NCBI GenBank assembly: GCA_963665325.3
Contig: CAXXWS020000002.1
Coordinates: 768,001 to 832,000 of the forward strand
From: Alphaproteobacteria bacterium
GTDB lineage: Bacteria > Pseudomonadota > Alphaproteobacteria > Bin95
Direction of reading: 5' to 3'
Length of the DNA stretch: 64,000 nucleotides
Part shown: positions 10,583-21,579 of the stretch, one piece after another
Numbering within the stretch: position 1 is the first letter of the stretch
How the letters are laid out: each line of letters starts with the position of its first letter
Translations under genes and position numbers: made by a program
Notes under the pieces: generated by a model
Databases searched by the model: none
Told to the model about the DNA's origin: nothing
The model's input: the letters and a program-made list of their open reading frames with translations, nothing else

Positions 10583-10697
10583 CGTGGGTGTTTGGGGCCG
10601 GTTTCCCCGATGGGGCCGATCGCCCTGCCGTCGCTGCGGCAGGAAAGAATGACGGAGCGGGTCGCATGGCAATAGGGCGCGCGCGGCGCAGCCTCGG

Positions 10698-11864
10698 ATG
10701 AATATCCACGAATACCAGGCGAAGACGGTGCTCGCACGGTTCGACGTGCCGGTGCCGCGCGGCCATGTGGCCTACACGGTGGATGAGGTCGTCGAGGGCG
10801 CGGAGAAGCTCGGCGGGCCGGTCTGGGTGGTCAAGGCGCAGATCCACGCCGGCGGGCGCGGCAAGGCCGGTGGCGTCAGGGTGGTGCGCTCGGTCCCCGA
10901 AGTGCGCGACGCGGCGGCCGGCCTGCTGGGCCGAACGCTCGTCACACACCAGACGGGACCGGAGGGGCAGACGGTCAAGCGCATCTATGTGGAAGAAGGC
11001 TGCGACATTGCCCGCGAGCTTTACCTCTCCATGCTCGTGGACCGGACGATCGGGCGCGTGACCGTGGTCGCATCTACCGAAGGCGGCATGAATATCGAGG
11101 AGGTGGCCGAGACGACGCCGGAGAAGATCGTCACCTTTTCGATCGACCCCGCGACGGGCGTGCAGGCGCATCACGGGCGCCGCCTTGCATCCGCCTTCGG
11201 GCTCGGGGCGGCGGAGGTGCGCGGGGCGGCAGGACTGCTCGCCAATCTCTACAGGGCATTCACGGAGCTCGATGCCAGCCTGATCGAGATCAACCCGCTA
11301 GTCGCAACCGGCGGCGGTGCGTTGCTTGCGCTGGATGCGAAGATGAGCTTCGACGACAATGCGCTCTTCCGCCAGCCCGGCGTCGAGGAACTGCGCGACG
11401 AGGACGAGGAAACGCCTGTGGAGCGACAGGCGGAGGCCCTCGGTTTCAGCTATGTCAAGCTGGACGGCAATATCGGTTGCATGGTGAATGGCGCGGGCCT
11501 CGCCATGGCGACGATGGACATCATAAAATTGCAGGGTGCGGAGCCGGCCAACTTCCTCGATGTCGGTGGCGGGGCCGACAAGGAGCGCGTCATCAGCGCG
11601 TTCAAGATCATCCTGTCCGATCCCAATGTCGAGGCGATCCTGGTCAATATTTTCGGCGGCATCATGCAGTGCGACGTGATTGCCGCAGGGGTCGTGGAAG
11701 CCGCTCGCGAGGTCAGCCTCGACGTGCCGCTGGTGGTGCGTCTGGAAGGCACCAATGTGGAGCAGGGCAAGCGCATCCTCGCTCGTTCCGGGCTGCCGAT
11801 CACCGCTGCGGACGACCTGGGCGAGGCGGCGGCCAAGGTCGTCGCCGCGGTCGGGGAGGGCTGA
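10698..11864 (+). CDS. sucC: Succinyl-CoA synthetase beta subunit
   Basis: [48 protein letters not shown]. Confidence 0.97.
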   Translation: MNIHEYQAKTVLARFDVPVPRGHVAYTVDEVVEGAEKLGGPVWVVKAQIHAGGRGKAGGVRVVRSVPEVRDAAAGLLGRTLVTHQTGPEGQTVKRIYVEEGCDIARELYLSMLVDRTIGRVTVVASTEGGMNIEEVAETTPEKIVTFSIDPATGVQAHHGRRLASAFGLGAAEVRGAAGLLANLYRAFTELDASLIEINPLVATGGGALLALDAKMSFDDNALFRQPGVEELRDEDEETPVERQAEALGFSYVKLDGNIGCMVNGAGLAMATMDIIKLQGAEPANFLDVGGGADKERVISAFKIILSDPNVEAILVNIFGGIMQCDVIAAGVVEAAREVSLDVPLVVRLEGTNVEQGKRILARSGLPITAADDLGEAAAKVVAAVGEG

Positions 11865-11868
11865 GGTC

Positions 11869-12744
11869 ATGGCGGTGCTGATCGACGAGCACACCCGCGT
11901 GATCTGCCAGGGGATCACGGGCAAGCAGGGCACCTTCCATTCGGAGCAGGCGATCGACTACGGCACGCAGATGGTCGGCGGGGTGGCGCCCGGCAAGGGC
12001 GGCCGCCGCCATCTCGGGCTGCCGGTGTTCGACACCGTGGCCGAGGCGAAGGCGGAAACCGGGGCCGACGCGACGGTGATCTATGTGCCGCCGCCCTTTG
12101 CAGCCGACGCGATGCTGGAGGCGGCGGCGGCGGAAATCCCGCTCATCGTCTGCATTACCGAGGGCGTGCCGGTGGTCGATATGGTGCGTGTCAAGCGGGC
12201 CGTTGCTGGCTCGGGCTCCCGGCTGATCGGGCCGAATTGTCCGGGCGCGATCACACCCGATGCCTGCAAGATCGGCATCATGCCGGGGCATATCCACCGT
12301 CGCGGCCGCATCGGGATCGTCTCGCGCTCCGGCACGCTGACCTATGAGGCCGTCGCGCAGACCACCGCTGCCGGCCTCGGCCAGTCCACCTGCATCGGGA
12401 TCGGCGGCGACCCGGTAAACGGCACCAATTTCATCGACTGCCTGAAGCTCTTCCACGACGACCCCGAAACCGAGGGCATCGTCATCATCGGCGAGATCGG
12501 CGGCAGTGCGGAAGAAGATGCGGCGGCGTTTTACGCCACCCTGCCGAACTGCAAGCCCGCCGTGGGCTTCATCGCAGGGGCATCGGCGCCGCCCGGCAAG
12601 CGCATGGGCCATGCCGGGGCCATCGTTTCCGGCGGCAAGGGCACGGCAGAGAACAAGATCGACGCCTTCGCCGAGGCGGGTATTCTGGTCAGCCGGTCGC
12701 CGGCCGCGCTGGGAGAAACCATGCTTGAGGCCCTGGGCCGCTAA
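11869..12744 (+). CDS. sucD: Succinyl-CoA synthetase alpha subunit
   Basis: [33 protein letters not shown] phospho-His; ATG at 11869. Confidence 0.97.
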   Translation: MAVLIDEHTRVICQGITGKQGTFHSEQAIDYGTQMVGGVAPGKGGRRHLGLPVFDTVAEAKAETGADATVIYVPPPFAADAMLEAAAAEIPLIVCITEGVPVVDMVRVKRAVAGSGSRLIGPNCPGAITPDACKIGIMPGHIHRRGRIGIVSRSGTLTYEAVAQTTAAGLGQSTCIGIGGDPVNGTNFIDCLKLFHDDPETEGIVIIGEIGGSAEEDAAAFYATLPNCKPAVGFIAGASAPPGKRMGHAGAIVSGGKGTAENKIDAFAEAGILVSRSPAALGETMLEALGR

Positions 12745-12781
12745 CGTGCGGGCAGGGAGGCAGGAAGGAGGTAACCAGACA

Positions 12782-15637
12782 ATGGCGGTATCTTCTGAAG
12801 CGGACGATTTCCTGCATGGCGGCAATGCCGTCTTCATCGCCGAACTCTACGAACAATATCTGCGCGATCCGGGCTCGGTGGACGAGAGCTGGACAGGTTT
12901 CTTTGCCGAGTTGAAATCGAACGGGCGCGCGGACCAGGCTCCAGCGCCCGCCGCCTGGGGCCGGATGCGCCCGCAAGTGATCGCCAACGGCCACGATGCG
13001 GCCGAGACACTCAATGGCGCTGCCCTTGCCGGGATGGATGAAGGCGACCGGCAGACCACCCTGGACTCGATCCGCGCGCTGATGCTGATCCGGGCCTACA
13101 GGGTGCGTGGCCACCTTTATGCCAGGCTCGATCCGCTGGGCCTGCACGAACCGGAGCACCATCCCGAACTCGATCCTGCAACTTACGGTTTCGGCGAGGA
13201 CGACTGGGACCGCCCGATCTTCATCGACGGCGTGCTGGGCCGCGAGCGCGCCAGCATGCGCGAAATCATTGAGGCCCTGCACGACATCTACAGTTCGAGC
13301 ATCGGCGTCGAGTTCATGCATATCCAGGACCCCGACCAGAAGGCCTGGATCCAGAAGCGCATCGAGCGGCCGCTGAACCGCACGGAGTTCACCAAACGCG
13401 GCCGCCGCGCCATTCTCGAGCGGCTGACGGAGGCCGAGGTCTTCGAGCATTTCCTGGACCGGAAATATATCGGCACCAAGCGCTTCGGCCTCGAAGGCGG
13501 CGAGGCGCTCATCCCGGCGCTGGAGCAGATTATCAAGCGCGGCGGCGAGATAGGCCTGGAAGAAGCCGTGGTCGGCATGGCCCATCGAGGACGCCTGAAT
13601 GTGCTCGCCAATTTCATGGGCAAGCCCTTCCAGGCGATCTTCTCGGAGTTCCAGGGCCAGCCCGCGAACCCTGAGGACGTGCAGGGTTCGGGCGATGTGA
13701 AATACCATCTGGGCACCTCGTCGGACCGCGAGTTCGACGGCAATGTCGTCCATCTGTCGCTCTGCCCGAATCCCAGCCATCTCGAGATCGTCAACCCGGT
13801 CGTCATCGGGCGGGCGCGGGCCAAGCAGGAACAGCGCGGGGACCACGAGCGCGACAAGGTGATGACGATCCTGCTGCACGGCGATGCGGCGTTTATCGGG
13901 CAGGGCCTCGTGGCCGAGACCTTCGAGCTCTCCGAGCTCAAGGGTTACCGTGTCGGCGGCACCATACACATCGTCATCAACAACCAGATCGGTTTCACCA
14001 CCTCGCCGACGGACTCGCGCTCCAGCCCCTACTGCTCCGGCATGGCGCAGATCGTCCAGGCGCCCGTCTTCCATGTGAACGGGGACGATCCCGAGGCGGT
14101 GGTGCATGTGGCGCGGATCGCCACCGAATTCCGCTTCCGCTTCAAGCGCGATGTCGTCATCGACATGTACTGCTATCGCCGCCAGGGCCATAACGAGGCG
14201 GACGAGCCGGCTTTCACCCAGCCGCTCATGTACGATGCCATCGACAAGCATGCGACTACCCGGGCCATCTATGCCGACCGGCTGGCGGCGGAGGGGCTCA
14301 TTTCGCCGGAGGAGGCAGACGGCATCGTCGAAAGCTTCCGTGCGCAGCTTGAGCACGATTTCGAGGCCTCCAGCAGCTACAAGCCCAACAAGGCGGACTG
14401 GCTCGAAGGCGCATGGAGCGGTATCGAGGTCGCCGCGGAAGGCGACCGGCGCGGCTCGACCGCCGTGCCGCTCGATCAGTTGAAGGCTGTCGGCAGCCGT
14501 TTGGCGACCGTGCCCGAAGGCTTCGACCTCAATTCCAAGATCGCCCGCCAGTTCCGGCAGCGGGCGCGCGTATTCGAGACCGGCGAGGGGTTGGACTGGG
14601 CCAACGCGGAGTCGCTGGCCTTCGGAACGCTCGCCGCGGAAGGCATTGCGATACGCCTCTCCGGCCAGGACTGCGGGCGCGGCACCTTCTCGCAGCGTCA
14701 TGCCGTGTTGCGCGACCAGACGGATGAGAGCCAATACATCCCGCTCCAGCATGTCGGCCCGGGGCAGGGGCGGGTCGAGATCATCGACAGCCCGCTCGCC
14801 GAAGCCTCCGTGCTCGGCTTCGAATACGGCTATTCGCAGAGCGAGCCGCATGCGCTGGTGATGTGGGAAGCGCAGTTCGGAGACTTCGCCAATGGCGCGC
14901 AGGTGGTGATGGACCAGTTCATCTCCTCCGGCGAGTCCAAATGGCTGCGCATGTCGGGTCTGGTCGTGCTGTTGCCGCACGGCTATGAGGGCCAGGGCCC
15001 CGAGCATTCCTCCGCCCGGCTGGAGCGCTATCTCCAGCTTTGCGCAGAGGACAACATGCAGGTCGTCTATCCGACCACGCCGGCCAACTACTTTCACGCG
15101 CTCCGCCGCCAATTGAGGCGCGAGTTCCGCAAGCCGTTGATCGTGATGACGCCGAAATCGCTCTTGCGCCACAGGCTTTGCGTTTCCGGCCTCGACGAGC
15201 TTGCCGACGGCAGCTCCTTCCACCGGGTCATGCCCGAGATCGATGAAGTCGCGGCGGGCAAGTCGATTCGCCGTGTCGTGCTTTGCACAGGCAAGGTCTA
15301 TTACGACCTGTTGCAGCAGCGTCGCGAGGACGGGATTTCGGATGTGGCGCTGCTGCGTGTCGAGCAGCTCTATCCGTTCCCTGAGGGAACGCTTGCGGAG
15401 GAACTCGCGCGCTATCCCGAGGCCGAGATCGTCTGGTGCCAGGAAGAGCCGGCGAACATGGGAGCCTGGACCTTTGTGGACCGGCGCATCGAGGCGGTGC
15501 TGGAGGAACTCGGCGGCAAGGCGCGCCGGCCCTGCTATGTGGGCCGGCCGGCAGCGGCATCTCCTGCCACCGGCCTCCTGAAGCGGCATAATTTCGAGCA
15601 GAAGGCGCTGGTCGCCGAGGCGCTTGCCGCAGACTGA
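12782..15637 (+). CDS. sucA: 2-oxoglutarate dehydrogenase E1
   Basis: [27 protein letters not shown] motif, [21 protein letters not shown]; SD AAGGAGG, ATG 12782. Confidence 0.97.
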   Translation: MAVSSEADDFLHGGNAVFIAELYEQYLRDPGSVDESWTGFFAELKSNGRADQAPAPAAWGRMRPQVIANGHDAAETLNGAALAGMDEGDRQTTLDSIRALMLIRAYRVRGHLYARLDPLGLHEPEHHPELDPATYGFGEDDWDRPIFIDGVLGRERASMREIIEALHDIYSSSIGVEFMHIQDPDQKAWIQKRIERPLNRTEFTKRGRRAILERLTEAEVFEHFLDRKYIGTKRFGLEGGEALIPALEQIIKRGGEIGLEEAVVGMAHRGRLNVLANFMGKPFQAIFSEFQGQPANPEDVQGSGDVKYHLGTSSDREFDGNVVHLSLCPNPSHLEIVNPVVIGRARAKQEQRGDHERDKVMTILLHGDAAFIGQGLVAETFELSELKGYRVGGTIHIVINNQIGFTTSPTDSRSSPYCSGMAQIVQAPVFHVNGDDPEAVVHVARIATEFRFRFKRDVVIDMYCYRRQGHNEADEPAFTQPLMYDAIDKHATTRAIYADRLAAEGLISPEEADGIVESFRAQLEHDFEASSSYKPNKADWLEGAWSGIEVAAEGDRRGSTAVPLDQLKAVGSRLATVPEGFDLNSKIARQFRQRARVFETGEGLDWANAESLAFGTLAAEGIAIRLSGQDCGRGTFSQRHAVLRDQTDESQYIPLQHVGPGQGRVEIIDSPLAEASVLGFEYGYSQSEPHALVMWEAQFGDFANGAQVVMDQFISSGESKWLRMSGLVVLLPHGYEGQGPEHSSARLERYLQLCAEDNMQVVYPTTPANYFHALRRQLRREFRKPLIVMTPKSLLRHRLCVSGLDELADGSSFHRVMPEIDEVAAGKSIRRVVLCTGKVYYDLLQQRREDGISDVALLRVEQLYPFPEGTLAEELARYPEAEIVWCQEEPANMGAWTFVDRRIEAVLEELGGKARRPCYVGRPAAASPATGLLKRHNFEQKALVAEALAAD

Positions 15638-15656
15638 CACGAGGGAACGCAAGGCG

Positions 15657-16859
15657 ATGGCGATCGAGATACAGGTGCCGCAACTCGGCGAAAGCATCAG
15701 CGAGGCGACGGTCGCCCGCTGGATGAAGGCGCCCGGCGACGCGGTGGAAGCGGACGAGCCGCTGGTCGAACTCGAAACCGACAAGGTCACCATCGAGGTG
15801 CCGGCGCCCCGGAGCGGCGTGCTTGAAGAGATTCTCGCGGGCGAGGGCGAGGAGGTGGAGGTAGGCGCCGTGCTGGGGCGCATGGCGGCCGGCGCCGTTG
15901 CTGCAAAGACCGCTCCCGCGCCGAAGGCGAAGGAGCAGGCGCCGGCGCCGTCCGATGCATCGGCGCCGCTCTCGCCGGCGGTCCGCAAGCTGCTGGCGGA
16001 CAACGCTCTCCCGCCTGAGGTTGTCGCCGGCACCGGCAAGGACGGCCGGATCACCAAGGCCGATGTGCTGGGCCATCTGGAAGCCGCGGCCGCAGCGCCA
16101 CTTGCGCCGGCCCCGGTCTCCGCCGCGCCCGCGCCGCCGCGTCCTCCCCGCCCGGACCATCCGCGCGAGGAGCGGGTGCGGATGTCGCGCTTGCGCCGGC
16201 GTGTCGCCGAGCGGCTGAAGGACGCGCAGAACACCGCCGCCATGCTCACCACCTTCAACGAGGCGGATATGAGCGGCGTGGTGGCGCTGCGCCGGCGCTA
16301 CCGCGAGGCGTTCGAGAACCGCCACGGCGTGCGCCTCGGCTTCATGTCCTTCTTCGTCAAGGCCTGCATCGGCGCGCTCAAGGAAATCCCGGCGGTCAAT
16401 GCCGAGATCGACGGCGGCGACATCATCTACAAGAACCACTACGACATCGGCGTCGCGGTCGGCACGGCGCAGGGACTCGTCGTTCCGGTGCTGAAGGACG
16501 CCGACGCGATGAGCTTCGCCGAGGTCGAGCGCAGCATCGCCGATCTGGGTGCGAGGGCTCGTGACGGCAAGCTCTCCATGGAAGACCTGACAGGCGGCAC
16601 CTTCACGATCTCCAACGGTGGCGTTTACGGCTCGCTCATGTCGGCGCCGATCCTCAATCCTCCGCAATCCGGCATTCTCGGCATGCACAAGATCGAGGAC
16701 CGGCCGGTCGCCGTGGACGGCAAGGTGGAAATCCGGCCGATGATGTATCTGGCGCTTTCCTACGACCACCGGATCATCGACGGGTCCGAATCGGTGACTT
16801 TCCTGGTGCGCGTCAAGGAAGCGATCGAGAATCCCGAGCGGGTCCTGCTCGACGTCTGA
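15657..16859 (+). CDS. sucB: Dihydrolipoamide succinyltransferase E2
   Basis: Lipoyl domain ETDKV, E3-binding [25 protein letters not shown]. Confidence 0.97.
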   Translation: MAIEIQVPQLGESISEATVARWMKAPGDAVEADEPLVELETDKVTIEVPAPRSGVLEEILAGEGEEVEVGAVLGRMAAGAVAAKTAPAPKAKEQAPAPSDASAPLSPAVRKLLADNALPPEVVAGTGKDGRITKADVLGHLEAAAAAPLAPAPVSAAPAPPRPPRPDHPREERVRMSRLRRRVAERLKDAQNTAAMLTTFNEADMSGVVALRRRYREAFENRHGVRLGFMSFFVKACIGALKEIPAVNAEIDGGDIIYKNHYDIGVAVGTAQGLVVPVLKDADAMSFAEVERSIADLGARARDGKLSMEDLTGGTFTISNGGVYGSLMSAPILNPPQSGILGMHKIEDRPVAVDGKVEIRPMMYLALSYDHRIIDGSESVTFLVRVKEAIENPERVLLDV

Positions 16860-16874
16860 GGAACGGGGAACTCC

Positions 16875-18284
16875 ATGACCGACAGTTTCGATGTCGTCGT
16901 CATCGGCGGCGGGCCGGGCGGCTATGTGGCGGCGATTCGGGCCGCACAGCTAGGCCTGAGCACCGCATGCGTCGAGAAGCGGGCGACGCTCGGCGGCACA
17001 TGCCTGAATGTCGGCTGCATACCGTCGAAGGAGCTGCTGCACAGCACGCATCTGTTCGAGCAGGCGCAGCACGGCTTTGCGAAGCGGGGTATCAAGGTTC
17101 CCGGCGGCGTCGAGGTCGATCTTGCGGCCATGATGGCCGGCAAGGACAAGGTGGTGCGCGACCTGACGCGCGGCATCGGCTTCCTGTTCCGCAAGAACGA
17201 GGTGGAGCACGTTTCGGGCGAGGGGCGCATCGCCGGACCGGGCCGTGTAGAGGTTGCTTCCGAGAAGGGGGAGACCCGCATTCTCGAAGCCCGCAATATC
17301 GTCATCGCGACGGGCTCCGAGCCTGCAGGTCTGCCGGGCATCGAGATCGACGAGAAGCGCATCCTCTCCTCCACCGGCGCGCTGGCGTTGGAGACGGTAC
17401 CGGAGCGGCTGGCGGTTATCGGCGGCGGCTATATCGGGCTGGAGATGGCAGTCGTCTGGAGCCGGCTCGGCGCGAAGGTGACTGTGATCGAGTTCCTCGA
17501 CCGCATCCTTCCCAACATGGACGGAGACGTTGCCAAGGGGATGCACCGCATCCTGAAGAAGAAGGGCTTTTCCTTCATGCTGGGCCACAAGGTGACGGGC
17601 GCGAAGACCGGCAGGAACGGCGTGACGCTCTCGGTCGAGAAAATGGCCTCGGGTGAGGCCGCGACCGTCGAGGCGGATGCCGTGCTCGTCGCGGTGGGGC
17701 GGCGGCCCTATACGGCGGGGCTCGGCCTCGAGACCGTCGGCATAGAGACGGATGCCCAGGGCCGCATCGGGATAGACGAACATTTCCGCACGGGCGCAGC
17801 GGGCGTCTATGCCATCGGCGATGTCGTGCGGGGACCGATGCTGGCCCACAAGGCGGAGGACGAAGGCGCGGTCTGTGCCGAGATCGTCGCCGGGCAGTCC
17901 GGCCACATCGACTACGACGCGATTCCGGGCGTGGTCTACACATGGCCGGAAGCGGCGGCCGTGGGCCGGACGGAGGAAGAGTTGAAGGAGGCGGGCGTCG
18001 AATACGCCGCCGGGCGCTTCCCGTTCCAGGCCAACAGCCGGGCCCGGTGCAGCGGCGAGACCGAGGGCTTCGTGAAGATCCTGGCCGACAAGCGCACAGA
18101 CCGCGTGCTCGGCGTGCATATCCTGGGCGCGGATGCGGGCACGATGATTGCCGAAGCGGCGCTGGCGATGGAGTTCGGCGCTTCGGCGGAGGACATCGCG
18201 CGCACTTGCCATGCCCATCCGACTCTCAACGAAGCGGTCAAGGAAGCGGCGCTCGCCGTGGACGGCCGCCCGATCCACGTCTGA
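16875..18284 (+). CDS. lpdA: Dihydrolipoamide dehydrogenase E3
   Basis: GGGPGGY, GGTCLNVGCIPSK, HAHPTLNE. Confidence 0.97.
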   Translation: MTDSFDVVVIGGGPGGYVAAIRAAQLGLSTACVEKRATLGGTCLNVGCIPSKELLHSTHLFEQAQHGFAKRGIKVPGGVEVDLAAMMAGKDKVVRDLTRGIGFLFRKNEVEHVSGEGRIAGPGRVEVASEKGETRILEARNIVIATGSEPAGLPGIEIDEKRILSSTGALALETVPERLAVIGGGYIGLEMAVVWSRLGAKVTVIEFLDRILPNMDGDVAKGMHRILKKKGFSFMLGHKVTGAKTGRNGVTLSVEKMASGEAATVEADAVLVAVGRRPYTAGLGLETVGIETDAQGRIGIDEHFRTGAAGVYAIGDVVRGPMLAHKAEDEGAVCAEIVAGQSGHIDYDAIPGVVYTWPEAAAVGRTEEELKEAGVEYAAGRFPFQANSRARCSGETEGFVKILADKRTDRVLGVHILGADAGTMIAEAALAMEFGASAEDIARTCHAHPTLNEAVKEAALAVDGRPIHV

Positions 18285-18317
18285 ACGGCGCACACTCCCG
18301 AAGGAAGGATACTCCAA

Positions 18318-18926
18318 ATGAAGCTCTACACATCCATCGGCCCGAACCCGCACGTCGTGCGCATGTTCATGGCCGAGACCGGCATCGAACTGCCCGAGGA
18401 GACCGTCGATATCCGCAAGGCCGTGAACCGGGAAAGCGAATACCTGTCGAAGAATCCGTCCGGCCAGAGCCCCTGCCTGGAGCTCGACGACGGCAGCCAT
18501 ATCGCCGAGATCACCGCGATCTGCGAATATCTGGCGGACAAGCAGGGCGGCTCGCCGCTGATCGGCTCGACGCCGGAGGAGCGCGGCGAGACGCGGATGT
18601 GGACCCGCCGGGTCGATCTCAATATCTGCGAACCGCTTACGAGCGGTTTCCGCTACGGCGAGGGGCTGAAAATGTTCCAGAGCCGGATGCGCTGTCTTCC
18701 GGAGGCATCCGACGGCTTGAAGGCCATCGCGCAGGACAAGATCGCCTGGCTGGACGGGCTCATGGACGGCAAGCAGTTCCTCTGCGGCGACCGCATCAGC
18801 CTCGCCGACATCCTGCTCTACTGCTTCCTTGCTTTCGGCAAGCAGGTCGGCCAGGACATCGCGCCCGAGAACAAGAACATGACCGCTTGGTTCGAGCGCA
18901 TGAAGGCGCGTCCCACCTCCGCCTGA
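18318..18926 (+). CDS. Glutathione S-transferase family protein
   Basis: GPNPHVVRMF, KNPSGQSPCLELDDG, EITAICEYL, ISLADI; SD AAGGA. Confidence 0.88.
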   Translation: MKLYTSIGPNPHVVRMFMAETGIELPEETVDIRKAVNRESEYLSKNPSGQSPCLELDDGSHIAEITAICEYLADKQGGSPLIGSTPEERGETRMWTRRVDLNICEPLTSGFRYGEGLKMFQSRMRCLPEASDGLKAIAQDKIAWLDGLMDGKQFLCGDRISLADILLYCFLAFGKQVGQDIAPENKNMTAWFERMKARPTSA

Positions 18927-19152
18927 CGGGAGCCCGCGAGCCCCGGCCGCGGGCGGGGTAACCGTCGCCGCAGGCGAGCTTGCCGGTTCGCTTGCGGGCC
19001 GCCGGGCGCTGCGTGTCGGAAATCGGCAAGTGTCCGGTCGGTCACGGACAAATTTGGCCGGCGGACCGGTGTGATCGTTGGCGCCCTGTAAGGCTGTACG
19101 TTGAGGGTATGGGCAAGGCCGCCCTGTTCTCGCGCAGCGTCGTGGGGTTGCC

Positions 19153-20268
19153 ATGGACTCATCCCTGCAGAGCGTCATTGGGGCGCAAACGCTTGCGGCG
19201 TTTGAGGCGACGGTCCCCGTAGCCCACGGACTGCCTGCGGCGACCTATACCAGCGAAGCCTTCTTCGCGCTGGAAAACGAGCGGATTTTCACGTCCTCGT
19301 GGGTGCTCGCCGGTTTCAAGCACGAGCTGGCACGGCCGGGCGACGCTATGCCCGCAACCGTGGCAGGCCGGCCGGTCCTGCTGCTACGCGATACGGCAGG
19401 CCAGATCAGGGCATTCCATAATGTGTGCCGCCACCGTTGCCTCAAGCTTGTGGATGAGCCGGGCAATGTCGGGCGGGCGATCCGCTGCCCTTACCATTCC
19501 TGGACCTACGGCCTCGACGGTGCGCTTCGCGCCGCGCCCTATTTCGGCGGTCGCGAGCCGCGTGCGGCGCCCGCCGGCTTCGACCGCTCGCAGCACGGGC
19601 TGGTGCCGGTGCGCTCGGCGGTCTGGCACGACTGGATATTCGTGAACCTGGATGGCGGCGCGCCGCCGTTCGAGGAGTTCGTCGCTCCGCTCCGAAAGCG
19701 GCTTCACGGGCTCGACCTCGACCGGCTGCAGCATCTCTCCACCATCGACTTCGGGGAGGTCGCTGCGAACTGGAAGCTCCTGATGGAGAACTTCATCGAG
19801 CCTTATCATGTGCAATTCGTCCATTCCCGCACCACCGACCAGCCCCTTGCCGACCACTACACGGTAAATGAGCAAGGTTGCCTTGGCTGCGCCGTCGACG
19901 TCTCCCGCGAGGTGAGGAAGATGGATGTCCTGTCCGAGGACTCGCGTTTCCTGACGCTTTTTCCGAATTTCGCCTTCGGGCTCTACCTGCCGGACCAGGT
20001 GGGCGTGCATCTCGACACGCCGCTCGCGCCTGGCCGCACCCTGCAAAGGCGCGCAATCTACAGCCTGAACCCGACGCAGGAATCGAGCGGGCGGGCCGAG
20101 CGGCTAACGGCGCTTTGGCGGGACGTGCATCGCGAGGACCACGCCATGTGCGAGCGGCTCCAGCAGGGGCGCGCCAGCGATGTGGCTGCCGGCGGCGGCG
20201 TCCTGTCGCCGGTCTGGGAAGACTCGGTGCGGAACTTCCAGGAACTCGTGATCGAACGCTTGCGGTAG
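19153..20268 (+). CDS. Rieske non-heme iron oxygenase alpha subunit (choline monooxygenase/quaternary-amine oxygenase-like)
   Basis: Rieske CRHR...CPYHSW; mononuclear Fe motif NWKLLMENFIEPYHVQFVH and EDHAMCE. Confidence 0.88.
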   Translation: MDSSLQSVIGAQTLAAFEATVPVAHGLPAATYTSEAFFALENERIFTSSWVLAGFKHELARPGDAMPATVAGRPVLLLRDTAGQIRAFHNVCRHRCLKLVDEPGNVGRAIRCPYHSWTYGLDGALRAAPYFGGREPRAAPAGFDRSQHGLVPVRSAVWHDWIFVNLDGGAPPFEEFVAPLRKRLHGLDLDRLQHLSTIDFGEVAANWKLLMENFIEPYHVQFVHSRTTDQPLADHYTVNEQGCLGCAVDVSREVRKMDVLSEDSRFLTLFPNFAFGLYLPDQVGVHLDTPLAPGRTLQRRAIYSLNPTQESSGRAERLTALWRDVHREDHAMCERLQQGRASDVAAGGGVLSPVWEDSVRNFQELVIERLR

Positions 20269-20422
20269 CCGGACCGGAGCTTTCCCCAGCCGGTGGAACC
20301 GGAGATATCGGGGCTCGGCGCCGATTTACAATCTTCAACGTTGATCGGAGCGTAGCGGAGCCAGGCGGCCAGCTTGGCCGGAAAGCTGTCAATACGCCAA
20401 CACTGAAGCTGGACCAGTCGCC

Positions 20423-20434
20423 GGGGGGGGGGGG
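20423..20434. repeat. G12 homopolymer tract
   Basis: 12 consecutive G in the intergenic region upstream of the TAXI promoter. Confidence 0.9.
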
Positions 20435-20448
20435 CAGCACGGAAAGGC

Positions 20449-20476
20449 TTGTCAAGCAAAGCAAGTGCGCTAAAGT
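20449..20476 (+). promoter_or_regulatory. Putative sigma70 promoter of the TRAP operon
   Basis: TTGTCA-N16-TAAAGT about 60 nt before the ATG at 20536. Confidence 0.5.
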
Positions 20477-20535
20477 GTCCCAAGTATGCAAAGACTATTG
20501 TGCGCCTGCAGAAATGCATTCTTGGGAGGAAAACC

Positions 20536-21495
20536 ATGTTCCAGAGAGTTTTCGCCACGGGCCTTGCCGCCGCGATCCTGTCGCTTGGCATGGCGCAACC
20601 GGTCGTCGCGCAGGACAGCTTCGTCCGGATTGCCACTGCCGGATCGGGCGGTAACTACTACCGGTTAGGCGGCGGGCTGGCCGCGATCTACAACGACACC
20701 GTCGACGGCATTCAGGCCTCGATCCAGGCCACTGGCGGGTCGGTGGAAAATCTCGATTTACTCGCCGACAAGGAGGTCGAGGTCTCGTATCTCTCGGGCA
20801 GCGTAGGCCAGCAGGCCTTTACCAATACCGGCCGGTTCAAGGACCGCCCGGCGGACCGCTACAAGGGTCTGCGCGCGATCGCCACGGTCTATCCCAACCC
20901 GCAATGGTTCATCGCGATGGATGAGGACATCCAGTCGCTCGACGATCTCAAGGGCAAGCGCGTCTCGGTCGGCATGCAAGGCAGTTCCGGCGAAGCATGG
21001 TGGCGGATGATCATGGAGTACAAGGGCTGGACCTATGCCGACATCCAACCGGAATTCACTGTGCACCAGGCCGCCATCGACCAGGTCCGCAACCGCCAGA
21101 TCGACGCGATAGTGTGGCCCGACGCGCCGGGTTCGGCCTCGATCCAGCAGGTCGCCGATACCGGGCTCGCCCGTCCGCTCGATATCGACGCCGATTTGAT
21201 CGAGTTCATGGATGGCGAGGGGCTCGACTATGCATACACGATCCCTCCAGCGGCCAACCCGTTCGGCGATTTCTCGGTGGAATCCTTCGCCTCGCCGATC
21301 ACCTTCGCGACCCATACGGGCATGTCCGAGGACATGATCTATGAGCTCACCAAGGCGATGTTCGAGAACAAGGAGCGCTTGATCCGGGTGCATCCGCTGG
21401 CCGAATTCATGACGCTCGAAAACGCCATGAGCGGGCTGCCCTTTCCGCTGCATCCGGGCGCCGAGCGCTACTATCGCGAACAGGGCCTGATGTAG
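20536..21495 (+). CDS. TAXI family TRAP transporter solute-binding protein
   Basis: Signal peptide ending VVAQD; IATAGSGGNYY, ATGGSVEN, LKGKRVSVG, PLHPGAERYYRE; SD GGGAGG. Confidence 0.92.
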   Translation: MFQRVFATGLAAAILSLGMAQPVVAQDSFVRIATAGSGGNYYRLGGGLAAIYNDTVDGIQASIQATGGSVENLDLLADKEVEVSYLSGSVGQQAFTNTGRFKDRPADRYKGLRAIATVYPNPQWFIAMDEDIQSLDDLKGKRVSVGMQGSSGEAWWRMIMEYKGWTYADIQPEFTVHQAAIDQVRNRQIDAIVWPDAPGSASIQQVADTGLARPLDIDADLIEFMDGEGLDYAYTIPPAANPFGDFSVESFASPITFATHTGMSEDMIYELTKAMFENKERLIRVHPLAEFMTLENAMSGLPFPLHPGAERYYREQGLM

Positions 21496-21519
21496 CACAC
21501 GCCCCTGCGTCGATCCCTC

Positions 21520-21552
21520 ACCGGAGTGCCGCGACAGTCGCGGCGCTCCGGT
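21520..21552 (+). promoter_or_regulatory. 15-bp intergenic stem-loop between SBP and permease genes (likely mRNA stabiliser or attenuator)
   Basis: ACCGGAGTGCCGCGA-CAG-TCGCGGCGCTCCGGT, one G-U pair, no U tract. Confidence 0.6.
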
Positions 21553-21579
21553 TGGCGTTGCATATCCGGACGGTGACAA

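Noticed and set aside
12689-16258. 1189-aa minus-strand ORF and similar long antisense or alternative-frame ORFs (e.g. 8303-10672, 16950-19178, 25383-28013)
   Set aside because: Shadows of well-supported genes in high-GC DNA; no recognisable motifs
18932-18997. Two GC-rich hairpins after the GST gene as an intrinsic terminator
   Set aside because: No U tract on either strand; function cannot be supported
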